Source: an uncultured Sandaracinaceae bacterium
Lineage (GTDB): Bacteria > Myxococcota_A > Polyangia > Polyangiales > Houyiibacteriaceae
Length of the DNA stretch: 64,000 nt
Direction: 5' to 3'
NCBI GenBank assembly: GCA_964495565.1
Contig: CAZBWQ010000004.1
Span: 1,703-65,702, forward strand
Part shown: positions 1 through 9,230 of the stretch, piece by piece
Layout of the letters: every line of letters starts with the position of its first letter
Numbering within the stretch: position 1 is the stretch's first letter
Translations under genes and position numbers: made by a program
The notes under the pieces: model-generated
What the model saw: the letters and a program-made list of their open reading frames with translations, nothing else
The model's database searches: none
What the model was told of the DNA's origin: nothing

Positions 1-1359
1 GTCGCGTGCGCCCTGTGAGGGCATCACCGCCGCGCCGCGCTTGACGTAGCCTGCCGTGAGGTCGAGCGCGGGACGCCGCTCCATGGTGGGATCGGGGATC
101 GGGCAACACCGAGCGTAGCCCTGCTCATCCATGTGACGCAGCAGCCTGCAGATGTAATCGCAAACCAGCTCCGCGCGCAGAGTCCAGGACGAGTTGATGT
201 ACCCGAAGATGAAGGCCGCGTTCGGGAGGCCGCTCAGCATGCAGCCCTTGTAGATCATGGCCTCGGGGACTTCGTACGGCACCCCGTCGACGTCCAGCTC
301 GACGCCTCCCATCCACTGCAGGTCGAATCCTGTCGCCGTCACGATGACGTCGGCCTGGAGCTCTTTGCCCGACTGCAAGCGGAGCCCTTCCTCGGTGAAA
401 CAGTCGATGTGATCGGTCACCACGTCGGCTCGCCCCTCGGCGATCGCTTCGAAGATGTCGCCATCGGGCACGAGACAGACGCGCTGGTCCCAGGGGTCGT
501 AGCGGGGCGTGAAATGAGTCTCGACGTCGTAGTCCTTTCCGAGGGCCTTTCGCGCTTGGCGAATCAGAAGCCAGCTCGTGACCCTCGGAAATCGGCGCAT
601 CGTGGCGTACATCAGTGCCATCAACTTGATGTTTCGCCAGCGGATCAATCGATGCGTCAGCTCGGGGCCGAAGAGAAAGTTGAAAAGCCCCTTCATCTTG
701 CTCTTGCGTGACCACGCGATGACGTACGTGGGAGACCGCTGCACCATCGTCACGTGCCCAGCTTTTTGGGCGACGATTGGAAGCATGGTCATGGCCGTGG
801 CGCCGCTGCCGATGATCAGGACGCGCTTCCCTTCGTAGTCGAGGCTCTCATCCCAAAACTGCGGATGCACGACGGCCCCTCGGAAGCGGTCGACGCCTTC
901 GAACTCAGGGATGTAGCCCCGGTCGTAGCGGTAATAGCCCATGCAGGACCAAAAAAAGTTGCAGGTATAGGTGCGAAGCTCACCGCTGTCGGTGTCGCGC
1001 GCCTGTACGGTCCACATGCTGTCACGGCTCGAAAAGCTCGCGCGCTCGATTCGCATGCCGAGCTCGATCTTTTCGTCGATCGCGAGCTCGCGTGCCGTGT
1101 CCTCGAGATAGCTCCGAATGTCGCCACCTTCGCCGATCCATTCTCTCTTGGGCCAAGGGCGAAACGAAAAACCGAGGGTGTGCATGTCCGAATCGGAGCG
1201 AATCCCGGGAAACCGAAAGAGATCCCAGGTGCCCCCGAGTCGTTTCCGCCCTTCCAGGATCGTGAAGGACTTTTCGGGGCATTTGGTCATCAGGTGGTAT
1301 GCGGCGGCAATCCCCGAGATGCCTGCGCCGGCCACCAATACGTCGACGTGTTTGGTCAT
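1..1359 (-). CDS. Flavin-dependent Baeyer-Villiger-type monooxygenase (N-terminal 453 codons; C-terminus lies beyond the window edge)
   Basis: Not in the ORF track because it has no stop in the window. My reverse-strand translation from ATG at 1359-1357 reads MTKHVDVLVAGAGISGIAAAYHL (FAD GxGxxG). It also has FRGAVVHPQFW (FxGxxxHxxxW BVMO fingerprint, about nt 850-885) and GKRVLIIGSGATA (second Rossmann motif, about nt 795-835). The frame stays open to nt 1. Confidence 0.85.
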   Translation of the reverse strand, partial: MTKHVDVLVAGAGISGIAAAYHLMTKCPEKSFTILEGRKRLGGTWDLFRFPGIRSDSDMHTLGFSFRPWPKREWIGEGGDIRSYLEDTARELAIDEKIELGMRIERASFSSRDSMWTVQARDTDSGELRTYTCNFFWSCMGYYRYDRGYIPEFEGVDRFRGAVVHPQFWDESLDYEGKRVLIIGSGATAMTMLPIVAQKAGHVTMVQRSPTYVIAWSRKSKMKGLFNFLFGPELTHRLIRWRNIKLMALMYATMRRFPRVTSWLLIRQARKALGKDYDVETHFTPRYDPWDQRVCLVPDGDIFEAIAEGRADVVTDHIDCFTEEGLRLQSGKELQADVIVTATGFDLQWMGGVELDVDGVPYEVPEAMIYKGCMLSGLPNAAFIFGYINSSWTLRAELVCDYICRLLRHMDEQGYARCCPIPDPTMERRPALDLTAGYVKRGAAVMPSQGARD

Positions 1360-1504
1360 CGGTTTCCTAGATCGCTTCCGAACCTAAGCCAGAAACCGCC
1401 TCGGCGCACCCACGCAGGCCATCGTGAAACGAAGAAGAGGCGTTCTCGGGGCCGCTGGCGTCATTTCACTAGGCAGACGGCATGCACGGCCCCAAAGTTC
1501 GAGC

Positions 1505-2533
1505 GTGACCTCGCCGAGTGCAGCTCGAGGACGTGTGGCGATCGTCGGTGCCGGCTTGAGCGGTCTCACCTGCGCGCGCAACCTCGTCGAGCGCGGTTTC
1601 GAGGTCGAGGTCTTCGACAAAGGAAGGCGTCCTGGCGGACGCGCATCCACGCGGCGGATCTCACTCGGTGAGTCCGAGGTCGCGTTCGATCATGGCGCTC
1701 AGTACTTCACGGTGCGCGAGCGATCGATGGAAAGGCTAGTCGCCCGATGGCAGGAGCAGGGGGTGGTGCAGCCGTGGAGAGGCCGTATCGTGGCGCTCGA
1801 AAAAGACGGCGACGTGCGCGACTCGGGAACCAAGACCCGTTTCGTCGGCACACCGGGCATGAGCGCGCTCTGCAATCATCTGTGGCGCGGTCTGCACGTT
1901 CGATGCGGCGTGGTGGTCGGAAGCGTGGCCAGCCATTCGGAGGGCATCGAGCTTTTCGACCACCAAGGGGATCGCCTGGGCCGTTTCGACGCGGTGGTCT
2001 CGAGCGCGCCTCCGGCCCAAACGTCGGCCCTGATTCGGGATGCCGCCCCGGATCTCGCCCGACGGGTCGAGTCCGTCGTGATGAAACCTTGCTGGGCCGT
2101 CTTGGCCGCCTTCGACGTCGAGCTCGACGTGCCGTTCGACGGCGCGTTCGTCAATCACGGCGCGCTCGGCTGGATCGCGCGGACCTCCGCCAAGCCCCAG
2201 CGTGTGCCGACTCCCGAGCGTTGGGTCCTGCATGCGAGCTCCGACTGGTCGACCGCCCATCTCGAAGCATCTGCAGACCGGGTCGCGCAGGAGCTGCTCG
2301 CGGCCTATTTCGAGGCCGTGGGCCTCGCTGCGCGTGATCCCATGTGGCTGCACGCACATCGCTGGCGCTATGCGTTGGCGGAGGAGCCCCTCGACGTGGG
2401 ATGTCTCCACGATCGCTCCGAGCGCATCTTTGCGTGTGGCGACTGGGCCTATGGGAACCGTGTGGAGGGCGCGGTGCGATCGGGCGAGATCGCAGCCGCG
2501 CGCGTCCGCTGCGTCTTCGATCCGGCGACGTGA
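1505..2533 (+). CDS. NAD/FAD-dependent oxidoreductase (amine-oxidase/renalase-like)
   Basis: Track ORF 1424..2533. VAIVGAGLSGLTCARNL-x-FEVEVFDKGRRPGGR is a dinucleotide-binding fold followed by an acidic residue. The C-terminus has ACGDW, typical of the amine oxidase fold. The start is uncertain (GTG at 1505 or 1535 preferred over 1424 because the Rossmann motif normally sits at the N-terminus). Confidence 0.7.
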   Translation: MTSPSAARGRVAIVGAGLSGLTCARNLVERGFEVEVFDKGRRPGGRASTRRISLGESEVAFDHGAQYFTVRERSMERLVARWQEQGVVQPWRGRIVALEKDGDVRDSGTKTRFVGTPGMSALCNHLWRGLHVRCGVVVGSVASHSEGIELFDHQGDRLGRFDAVVSSAPPAQTSALIRDAAPDLARRVESVVMKPCWAVLAAFDVELDVPFDGAFVNHGALGWIARTSAKPQRVPTPERWVLHASSDWSTAHLEASADRVAQELLAAYFEAVGLAARDPMWLHAHRWRYALAEEPLDVGCLHDRSERIFACGDWAYGNRVEGAVRSGEIAAARVRCVFDPAT

Positions 2534-2624
2534 CGCGACGCGCTTTGCGGCTTGTCTTTTGCTCGGGTTCCTCACTACTCTCGCCCGGCGCGCAGAGCAC
2601 CGATCGCCTGCCCCTCGCATCCGC

Positions 2625-3422
2625 ATGACGTTTTCAGCCAAGTACGGCCCCTGGGCACTGGTGACCGGCTCAGCGCGGCCAGAGGGCTTGGGGTACGAGC
2701 TCGCACGCCAGCTCGCCGCCCGCGGGCTCCATTTGATTCTGGTCGACGTCCTCGAGGATGCGGTCGAGCAACGTGCCCGGGAGCTTCGAAGCATTTCCGG
2801 CGTCGAGGCGATCGGAATCGGCATGGACCTCGCGCGCAGGGATTTTCGAAGCGATTTGCTCGAGGCCGTCGGCGCTCGCGAAGTCGGCTTGCTGGTGTGC
2901 AACCACATGTACACACCCGCCGACACGCCCGCTTTGCTCGCGATGTCGCCGGAAGCCCTCGACGCGATGATCGACGTCAATGCGCGGGCTTACAGCCACC
3001 TCGTGCACGCCTTCGGCAATCGCATGGTGGAGCGGGGTCGTGGTGGCATCCTCGTGGTCACCTCGGGTGCGGGGGTCACGGCGGCTCCGTACGCCACGTC
3101 GTATTCCGCGAACAAGGCGTACCAGAGGCTCCTCGCGGAAGGGCTCTGGTACGAGCTTCGCGGCACGGGCGTCGACGTCACCGTGCTGGTCGCGGGTCTC
3201 ATGAACACCCAAGGGGACGCGCTTTCGGGCTATCCGCAACGCTTGATCATGGAAACCGAGCCGGTTGCGCGGGAGGCGCTCGACGCGCTCGGCAAGAAGC
3301 TCCGCGTGATTCCGGGGCCGCTGAACAAGGCGTTGATCTTCTTGCAGAGTCGTGTTTTGTCCGCGAGAGCGGCGGTGAGCCAGGTTGGAGACTTCATGGC
3401 CAAAGGCCTTCGAAAGCATTGA
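2625..3422 (+). CDS. Short-chain dehydrogenase/reductase (SDR)
   Basis: In-frame ATG at 2625 within track ORF 2202..3422; the upstream part is R/S/P-rich junk. ALVTGSARPEGLG matches the TGxxxGxG-like motif, and YSANKAY is the YxxxK catalytic motif. Confidence 0.85.
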   Translation: MTFSAKYGPWALVTGSARPEGLGYELARQLAARGLHLILVDVLEDAVEQRARELRSISGVEAIGIGMDLARRDFRSDLLEAVGAREVGLLVCNHMYTPADTPALLAMSPEALDAMIDVNARAYSHLVHAFGNRMVERGRGGILVVTSGAGVTAAPYATSYSANKAYQRLLAEGLWYELRGTGVDVTVLVAGLMNTQGDALSGYPQRLIMETEPVAREALDALGKKLRVIPGPLNKALIFLQSRVLSARAAVSQVGDFMAKGLRKH

Positions 3423-3434
3423 GGGAGGAGCGAG

Positions 3435-4283
3435 ATGGGATCGTGCAAGGGCAAAGCGGCATTGGTGACCGGCGCGAGTCGAGGGATCGGAGCCGCCATC
3501 GCGCAGCGATTGGCCGCAGAGGGAGCGGCGGTCGCGGTGAGCGCCTCACAACTCGGCCCCAAGCCCAACTACGAGGGGAGCTTGGAGCAAACCGTGGCCC
3601 GGATCGAAGATGCGGGCGGGCGCGCGGCTGCCATCGCGTGCGATCTTCGCGATGGTGAAGCGCGCGCCGATCTGGTGGAGCGCGCGAGGGAAGCGATTGG
3701 GGCTCCGATCGACATCTTGGTCAACAACGCGGCTGCGGCCTCGTTTGCCAACGCCAGCGTCCAGGACCTGAGCTCGAGGCGCTCGACGTTCGAGGTCAAT
3801 TTTCACGCGCCGATGGACTTGATCCGTCAGGCCTTGCCCTCGATGCGCGAACGCAAAGCGGGTTGGATCCTCAACATCTCGAGCGCGACCTCCTCGCAAC
3901 CGGCGATCCCGTACGTCGGGCCGAGAGCGATGATCGACGCGCTGACCATCTACGGTGCGAGCAAAGCCGCGCTCGAGCGCGCGACGACCGGGCTCGCGTG
4001 TGAGCTCAGCGGCTCGGGCGTGCAGGTCAATGCGCTTTCGCCCACCGCGATGGTGCTGACGCAGGACGCCGCCGCGTTTGCCGGTGCGCTTGCGGCGACC
4101 CACCCGGAGCAGGTGGAAAGCATGGAGACGATGGTCGAAGCGGCGGTCGCGCTCTGCCGCGGATCGTTGACCGGTCTGACGGTGCTCTCCCGCGACCTCC
4201 TGCACATGATCCAGCAACCGGTTCACGGCTTGGACGGCCGCCAAGTGGTTTCCGACGCATTCACGGTGGAAGGACGTGGCTGA
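3435..4283 (+). CDS. SDR-family oxidoreductase
   Basis: ALVTGASRGIGAAIA (TGxxxGxG), NNAA, and YGASKAAL (YxxxK). A GGAGG sequence lies 6-10 nt upstream of the ATG. Confidence 0.9.
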   Translation: MGSCKGKAALVTGASRGIGAAIAQRLAAEGAAVAVSASQLGPKPNYEGSLEQTVARIEDAGGRAAAIACDLRDGEARADLVERAREAIGAPIDILVNNAAAASFANASVQDLSSRRSTFEVNFHAPMDLIRQALPSMRERKAGWILNISSATSSQPAIPYVGPRAMIDALTIYGASKAALERATTGLACELSGSGVQVNALSPTAMVLTQDAAAFAGALAATHPEQVESMETMVEAAVALCRGSLTGLTVLSRDLLHMIQQPVHGLDGRQVVSDAFTVEGRG

Positions 4284-5469
4284 AAAAAGGAGGAGCGCTC
4301 TGTACTTCGACTTCACCCTGTACCGTCTGATGCTGCGGCTGGCTTGGAGCGAGCCGCGCCTGCGCCCTCGACTGACCGCTCTTTTCGTCACGCTCGGATT
4401 CATCCCGCTCTACTCCGGCATCACGGCCGCCTTCTACCTACTCGACAATCTCTCGCCGTCGCTTCATCGAGTGCGCATCGAAAAGCCCGTCTTCGTCGTG
4501 GGTCATGCACGAAGCGGGACCACGCTTCTCCACCGGTTGATGGTGAGCGACGCCGACTCCTTCAACTTCTTCTTGTTGTACGAGCTCCTGTTTCCCTCGC
4601 TCTGGCAAAAGCGCGCGTTGCGGGCTCTCGGCCGCATGGACCGAGCGCTCTTCGGATCGTTCTTCACGAAAAAGCTCGTGGCGGCGGAGGACGACGCGCT
4701 CGAAGGCGCTCGGGACATGCATCACTTGGGGCTCTTCGTGCCGGAGGAGGACGACTTCGTGCTCACGGCGTCTTGCGTGGCGAGCACCTGGGTCGCGCTA
4801 TTTCCCGGGATGCCCGAGTTCGACGTGTACTACCTCGACGAATGGCCCGAGAAGCGACGCCGGCGCGTGATGCGCGCCTACGCGGACGGGGTTCGCCGGC
4901 AGCTCTGTCTGTCGGGCCCTGACAAGATCCACTGCAGCAAGAACCCCTCCTATTCGGGCCGAATCGAGAGCCTGATCGAGGAGTTTCCCGACGCCCGTTT
5001 CGTCGTCATGATGCGCGATCCGCGCGAAGCGATTCCGAGCCTGCTCAAGATGCTCCAAAAGACGTGGCGCTCGCAGGGGTGGAGCCAGGACCGAATCGAA
5101 AAGAGCATCGAAGCGCTCATCGCCAATTCGGTGCACACGTATCTCTACCCGCTCGAGGTCCTCGCGCGGCACCCTGAAACCAAATGGACCGTGGTCGACT
5201 ATCGCGATCTCGTCGCGCAGCCGAAAGCGACCGTCGAGTCGATCTTTTCGGCGCTCGATCTCGCAATGACCCCCGCCATCTCGAAAACGCTCGAAGAAGA
5301 GCAGCGACGGGCCCGCGCACACCGCTCTTCGCATCGATACGGCCTCGAGGAGTTTGGAATCGACGAGGCCGAGCTCAAGGCCGAGCTTGGCGAGCTCTTC
5401 GATCGGTTCGGGTGGGATGCGCCGAGCGGCGACCCAGAGGCCCAAAGCCCGAGGAGCCATCATGGATGA
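4276..5469 (+). CDS. Sulfotransferase-family protein with N-terminal hydrophobic segment
   Basis: GHARSGTTLLHRLM resembles the 5'-phosphosulfate-binding loop. MMRDPREAIPS resembles the 3'-phosphate-binding RDPxxxxxS motif. The GTG start overlaps the stop of the preceding SDR by 8 nt. Confidence 0.8.
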   Translation: MAEKRRSALYFDFTLYRLMLRLAWSEPRLRPRLTALFVTLGFIPLYSGITAAFYLLDNLSPSLHRVRIEKPVFVVGHARSGTTLLHRLMVSDADSFNFFLLYELLFPSLWQKRALRALGRMDRALFGSFFTKKLVAAEDDALEGARDMHHLGLFVPEEDDFVLTASCVASTWVALFPGMPEFDVYYLDEWPEKRRRRVMRAYADGVRRQLCLSGPDKIHCSKNPSYSGRIESLIEEFPDARFVVMMRDPREAIPSLLKMLQKTWRSQGWSQDRIEKSIEALIANSVHTYLYPLEVLARHPETKWTVVDYRDLVAQPKATVESIFSALDLAMTPAISKTLEEEQRRARAHRSSHRYGLEEFGIDEAELKAELGELFDRFGWDAPSGDPEAQSPRSHHG

Positions 5470-6829
5470 GAAACCCGACCCCCAGGCAAAAGCCCTTCTC
5501 GACGAGGCATGGTCCGAGCTGATCGAAGGGCTCGAGCGGGCGCGGGCCACCCTGGGCGATCCCGAGATTCATCCGCCGTTGCCGACCGACCGGAACCTCG
5601 CGGAGGGTCATCGCTATCTGCTCGGGCAGCTATATCGATTGATCGAAACCGAGCTCCACCAGAGCCCCGAGTATCCCTACTTTCAAAGACATCCCTGGAC
5701 GATTTCCAAGTACACGATCGAAAATCCCGACAACCTCTACCTCTATGCGCCGATCGACTCGGAGGGGATCTTTCGAATCGAGGGAAGGGCCTACGACCAC
5801 GCGCGGTGGCTGGGTAAAGAGCCCTCGGGGCAGAATTTGGCGCCGCACTACGTGATCTTCGAAGCGCACTCGGTGGCGCCGGGCGACAGCGGAGGGCTCG
5901 AGGAGCTTTGGGACGGAAGCCGCGTGCTCACTGGGTGGCTCGACTCCGCGAGCATGCAGGTCGATTCCGACGGCTCGTTCGAGATCTTGCTCGCTCCGAG
6001 TCGACCGGAGGGCTACGAGGGCAACTTCATTGCGACGCGGCGAGAGGCCGAGGGGAAGCCGACGATCGGGGCGACCAAGCTCTACGTACGCGAGATCTTC
6101 GGTGACTGGGATCGCGAGCACTCGCTCGACATGCAGATCACGCGCGTCGGCAACGAGGGCCGGCATCCACCACCGCGCACCGCGGCGCAAACGGCCACGC
6201 AATTACGGGACATCGGGCGGAAGCTGCCGGCCAACATCCGTTTTTGGAATGCTTTTTATGGGTTTTTGCTCGATCCGTTCGAGAAGGCGCCGCAGCGCGG
6301 GCCCTTTCATCTCCGGCGCAACGAGATCCTCCAGCCGCGTCAGGCCGGGCTGAGCACGGGCGGCGGCCAGGCGACCAATTTCTTCGGCGGCGGCTTGTTC
6401 GATCTCGCGCCCGACGACGCGCTCCTCGCCGAGGTGACGTTGATCGAGGAGCCGGCCTACGTCGGCATGCACCTGACCGACTATTGGGGCCAGTCACTCG
6501 ATTACGCGAACCGGCTGACCAGCCTCAACCGCGAGCAAGCGCATCGCGACGACGACGGCCGTCTTCGTTACGTGATCGCCCATCGCGATCCGGGTGTCCC
6601 GAATTGGCTCGACACCACCGAGCACCCGTCCGGCTACATCACCTTGCGCACCACCTTCTCGACGCCCCCGCCGACCGATCGACAACCCAAAGTCTCCTGC
6701 CGAGTCGTCCCATTCGATGAGATCCGAGCGGCGTTGCCACCAAGCACCCCGCACGTCGACGAAGAGCAACGCCGCGCCCAAATCGCCGCCCGCCAGCGCC
6801 ACGTCACCCGCCGCTACCGGCAGTACTGA
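5462..6829 (+). CDS. Conserved hypothetical protein, DUF1214-like
   Basis: In-frame ATG at 5462 of track ORF 5354..6829, overlapping the sulfotransferase stop by 8 nt. Amino-acid composition is balanced. The DUF1214 assignment is from memory of similar proteins and is not verified. Confidence 0.55.
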   Translation: MDEKPDPQAKALLDEAWSELIEGLERARATLGDPEIHPPLPTDRNLAEGHRYLLGQLYRLIETELHQSPEYPYFQRHPWTISKYTIENPDNLYLYAPIDSEGIFRIEGRAYDHARWLGKEPSGQNLAPHYVIFEAHSVAPGDSGGLEELWDGSRVLTGWLDSASMQVDSDGSFEILLAPSRPEGYEGNFIATRREAEGKPTIGATKLYVREIFGDWDREHSLDMQITRVGNEGRHPPPRTAAQTATQLRDIGRKLPANIRFWNAFYGFLLDPFEKAPQRGPFHLRRNEILQPRQAGLSTGGGQATNFFGGGLFDLAPDDALLAEVTLIEEPAYVGMHLTDYWGQSLDYANRLTSLNREQAHRDDDGRLRYVIAHRDPGVPNWLDTTEHPSGYITLRTTFSTPPPTDRQPKVSCRVVPFDEIRAALPPSTPHVDEEQRRAQIAARQRHVTRRYRQY

Positions 6830-6865
6830 GGGACACGCTCGCCCCCTAAAAACCAAAACATTTCT

Positions 6866-6900
6866 GTCGCTTGCAACCCACACCGCGAAAACCAAGCGAC
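6866..6900. repeat. Hairpin (8-bp stem GTCGCTTG/CAAGCGAC) whose loop carries the 18-nt motif ACCCACACCGCGAAAACC
   Basis: Read directly from the sequence. The same 18-mer (6876..6893) recurs at 53413..53430 and, inverted, at 53445..53462. It lies 37 nt after the stop at 6829. Confidence 0.6.
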
Positions 6901-6951
6901 GCGCTGCTCGCGGCCGACGAAGGCGCTTCGAGATCGTGTTAGCGTCGCCTG

Positions 6952-7719
6952 GTGCGGAGGCAGTCGATGCGGTGCGGCGTGTTTGGGGTGAGCATGATCG
7001 TGGGGCTCGCCTGGTGTGCTGGCAGCACGCGGGCCCAGGCTCCCGAGCTCGTGGAGGATCTCGCTCCCGCTGAGGACCAGGCGCGGCTCGGCGAATGGAT
7101 CGAGTATCTCTCGGCGACCGGGAAGCGCGGTCGCACCACGTCGGGAAGCACCAGCCTCGTCAGCAGCTCAATCGTCATGGGAGTCGGCATTTGGGCCTTT
7201 CTCCAAGACACTCCCAACAACGAGCTCACCCGAGGCCTGGGTTTGATCTCCGTGGCGGGCTCCGGCCTCTTCATGTCGCTCGCCATTTTCGAGCTCGCAA
7301 AAAAGAGCCCGCCCGAGCTCATGCTCGAGCGATGGGACGCGGCCGTGCAAGCGGAGCTCACTCGCGAAGAGCTCGCGCGTTTCGAGGGTGAGCTGCGGCA
7401 CTACTCCGCGGGCCGCAACCGAGTCGCTAAAGCCACCCGTTGGGCGAACTTCGGAGTGGCGATGACGGGCGCGTTGGTCCTCGGCCTCACTCCGGCTGCG
7501 GATCTTTCGCGTGACGGCGCGTCCGTGGGTTACGTCACGGGGGGTGTCGCGCTGGGCGTCGGCCTGCTCGGCTTCGCCTTCTCCTTCATGGATCGCTCCG
7601 ACCTCGACTACTGGAACGCATATCTACGAGGAAAGAGGCCGCCGACCTCACGAACGTGGAGCGCTTCGCCCGAGGTCGGCCGTAATTTCGCGGGCGCGCG
7701 AATCCGCGCTCGATTCTGA
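6952..7719 (+). CDS. Hypothetical membrane protein with signal peptide
   Basis: N-terminus MRCGVFGVSMIVGLAWCAGSTRAQA, plus several hydrophobic spans (IVMGVGIWAF, GLISVAGSGLFMSLAIF, FGVAMTGALVLGL, GGVALGVGLLGFAF). The start is either GTG 6952 or ATG 6967. Confidence 0.55.
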   Translation: MRRQSMRCGVFGVSMIVGLAWCAGSTRAQAPELVEDLAPAEDQARLGEWIEYLSATGKRGRTTSGSTSLVSSSIVMGVGIWAFLQDTPNNELTRGLGLISVAGSGLFMSLAIFELAKKSPPELMLERWDAAVQAELTREELARFEGELRHYSAGRNRVAKATRWANFGVAMTGALVLGLTPAADLSRDGASVGYVTGGVALGVGLLGFAFSFMDRSDLDYWNAYLRGKRPPTSRTWSASPEVGRNFAGARIRARF

Positions 7720-7805
7720 GCGCCGGAATTGCTCTCGCATCGCTGCAAAAGAGCGTTTATGGTCGCGCTCCAACGGCCGTTTGGCGGCGTGGAGATGAGT
7801 GCGCG

Positions 7806-9221
7806 ATGAAAAACTACCTTTTTTGTGGGGTCTTGGCGTTGGCGATGGGCGCCGCTGGCTGCGGCGACGACGCGACGAGCGAGCCGTTCGTCCCGGAAGC
7901 TTACGGAACCTGGCTGAAGTTCGAGCCCGAGGGCGCGGTTTGCGCCAACGGCTCGCAATACAAGTACTTCGTCAACTTCTCCGAAACCTCCGACAACGTC
8001 GTCATCTTCTTCGAGGGGGGTGGGGCCTGCTGGAACTACGAGGACTGCGCCAACGGGCGCCCCTTCAACACCGAATGCATCAAAGAGCCGGAAGGCACGG
8101 AGTGCATCCGCGACGATTACCCCGCCGTCTATCTTCACCTCGACGAGCTCGAGCCGCTGACCGCGATCACCGAGCCCCTGGGCGTGGTCGACGGAGACGT
8201 TCCCGTCGAGCTCGCGTACCCGATGCTTTCCTCGAATCCGGCGATCAGCCCGATGGCCGACTGGAACAAGGTGTTCGTCACCTATTGCACGGGCGACACC
8301 TATCTCGGCAACGTGGTGCGCACCTACACCGACCCCGAGGGCGTCGGACCCGACGTCGAGTTTCACCACATGGGGCACCAAAACACGTTGCTTGTGATCG
8401 AGGATCTCGAGCGCATGTTCGACGACGTCCCCAAGATGATGGTGAGCGGGTGCAGCGCGGGGGGAGTCGGCTCGCTCAACAATTACGCGTTCCTGCGAGA
8501 GGGGTTGTCCGGCGTTCAACGGTCTTACTTGCTTTCGGATAGCGGCCCGGTCATTCCGAGCATGCTGCTCGACGGCAGCCCCAGTCACTCGACGGCGCTC
8601 TACGAGCGCATCCGGAATACCTGGGGAGTCGACGAAACGATTCGGTCCCTACCCGAGGGAAGCGAGCGAATTTTCGACGACTTCGGGGAGATCAACGCCG
8701 TGCTTGCGGAGATGTTTCCGGACGATCGGCTTTCGATGTCGATGTTCGAGCGGGACTACAACGTCACGGTCAACAGCTACGAAGACTTCTTTCCCATTTT
8801 CTCGGACCCGGCGACCGGCGTCGACACCGGGGCAGGGCGCACCGAAATCTACCGTCTCGCCTCTGATGACCTCGCCGCGTTGCGCGCGCGTTTGGATCAA
8901 ATCGAGAACTTCGCGTACTACATGCCGTACTACCGCAATACCAACGACAGTCATTGCTTGACCGTCACCGGGCTCGAGGATGTCGGCTCCTCGGCCCTCG
9001 ATTTCATCTCGTCGTTCCAAAGCGATCCCTCGGCGGCCACCTGGGCCGGAACGGAGATCGCCACGGAGCAGGGCACCGTCACCTTCAAAGACCAGATCGA
9101 GAACCTGCTCGATGATTCCGCACCGCTTCAAAGCCACTACGAGGGCACCTGCGAAGGCAGGTACCAAGTCTGCGCCCTCGATTGCGCCGCGTACGATGCA
9201 GTCACCTGCGAGGCGCTCTAG
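7806..9221 (+). CDS. Pectin-acetylesterase/Notum-family esterase-like lipoprotein
   Basis: Lipobox LAMGAAGC. FFEGGGACWNYEDC and GCSAGGVGS (nucleophile-serine motif) match my memory of the PAE family. Confidence 0.7.
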   Translation: MKNYLFCGVLALAMGAAGCGDDATSEPFVPEAYGTWLKFEPEGAVCANGSQYKYFVNFSETSDNVVIFFEGGGACWNYEDCANGRPFNTECIKEPEGTECIRDDYPAVYLHLDELEPLTAITEPLGVVDGDVPVELAYPMLSSNPAISPMADWNKVFVTYCTGDTYLGNVVRTYTDPEGVGPDVEFHHMGHQNTLLVIEDLERMFDDVPKMMVSGCSAGGVGSLNNYAFLREGLSGVQRSYLLSDSGPVIPSMLLDGSPSHSTALYERIRNTWGVDETIRSLPEGSERIFDDFGEINAVLAEMFPDDRLSMSMFERDYNVTVNSYEDFFPIFSDPATGVDTGAGRTEIYRLASDDLAALRARLDQIENFAYYMPYYRNTNDSHCLTVTGLEDVGSSALDFISSFQSDPSAATWAGTEIATEQGTVTFKDQIENLLDDSAPLQSHYEGTCEGRYQVCALDCAAYDAVTCEAL

Positions 9222-9230
9222 CCCGGCGAA

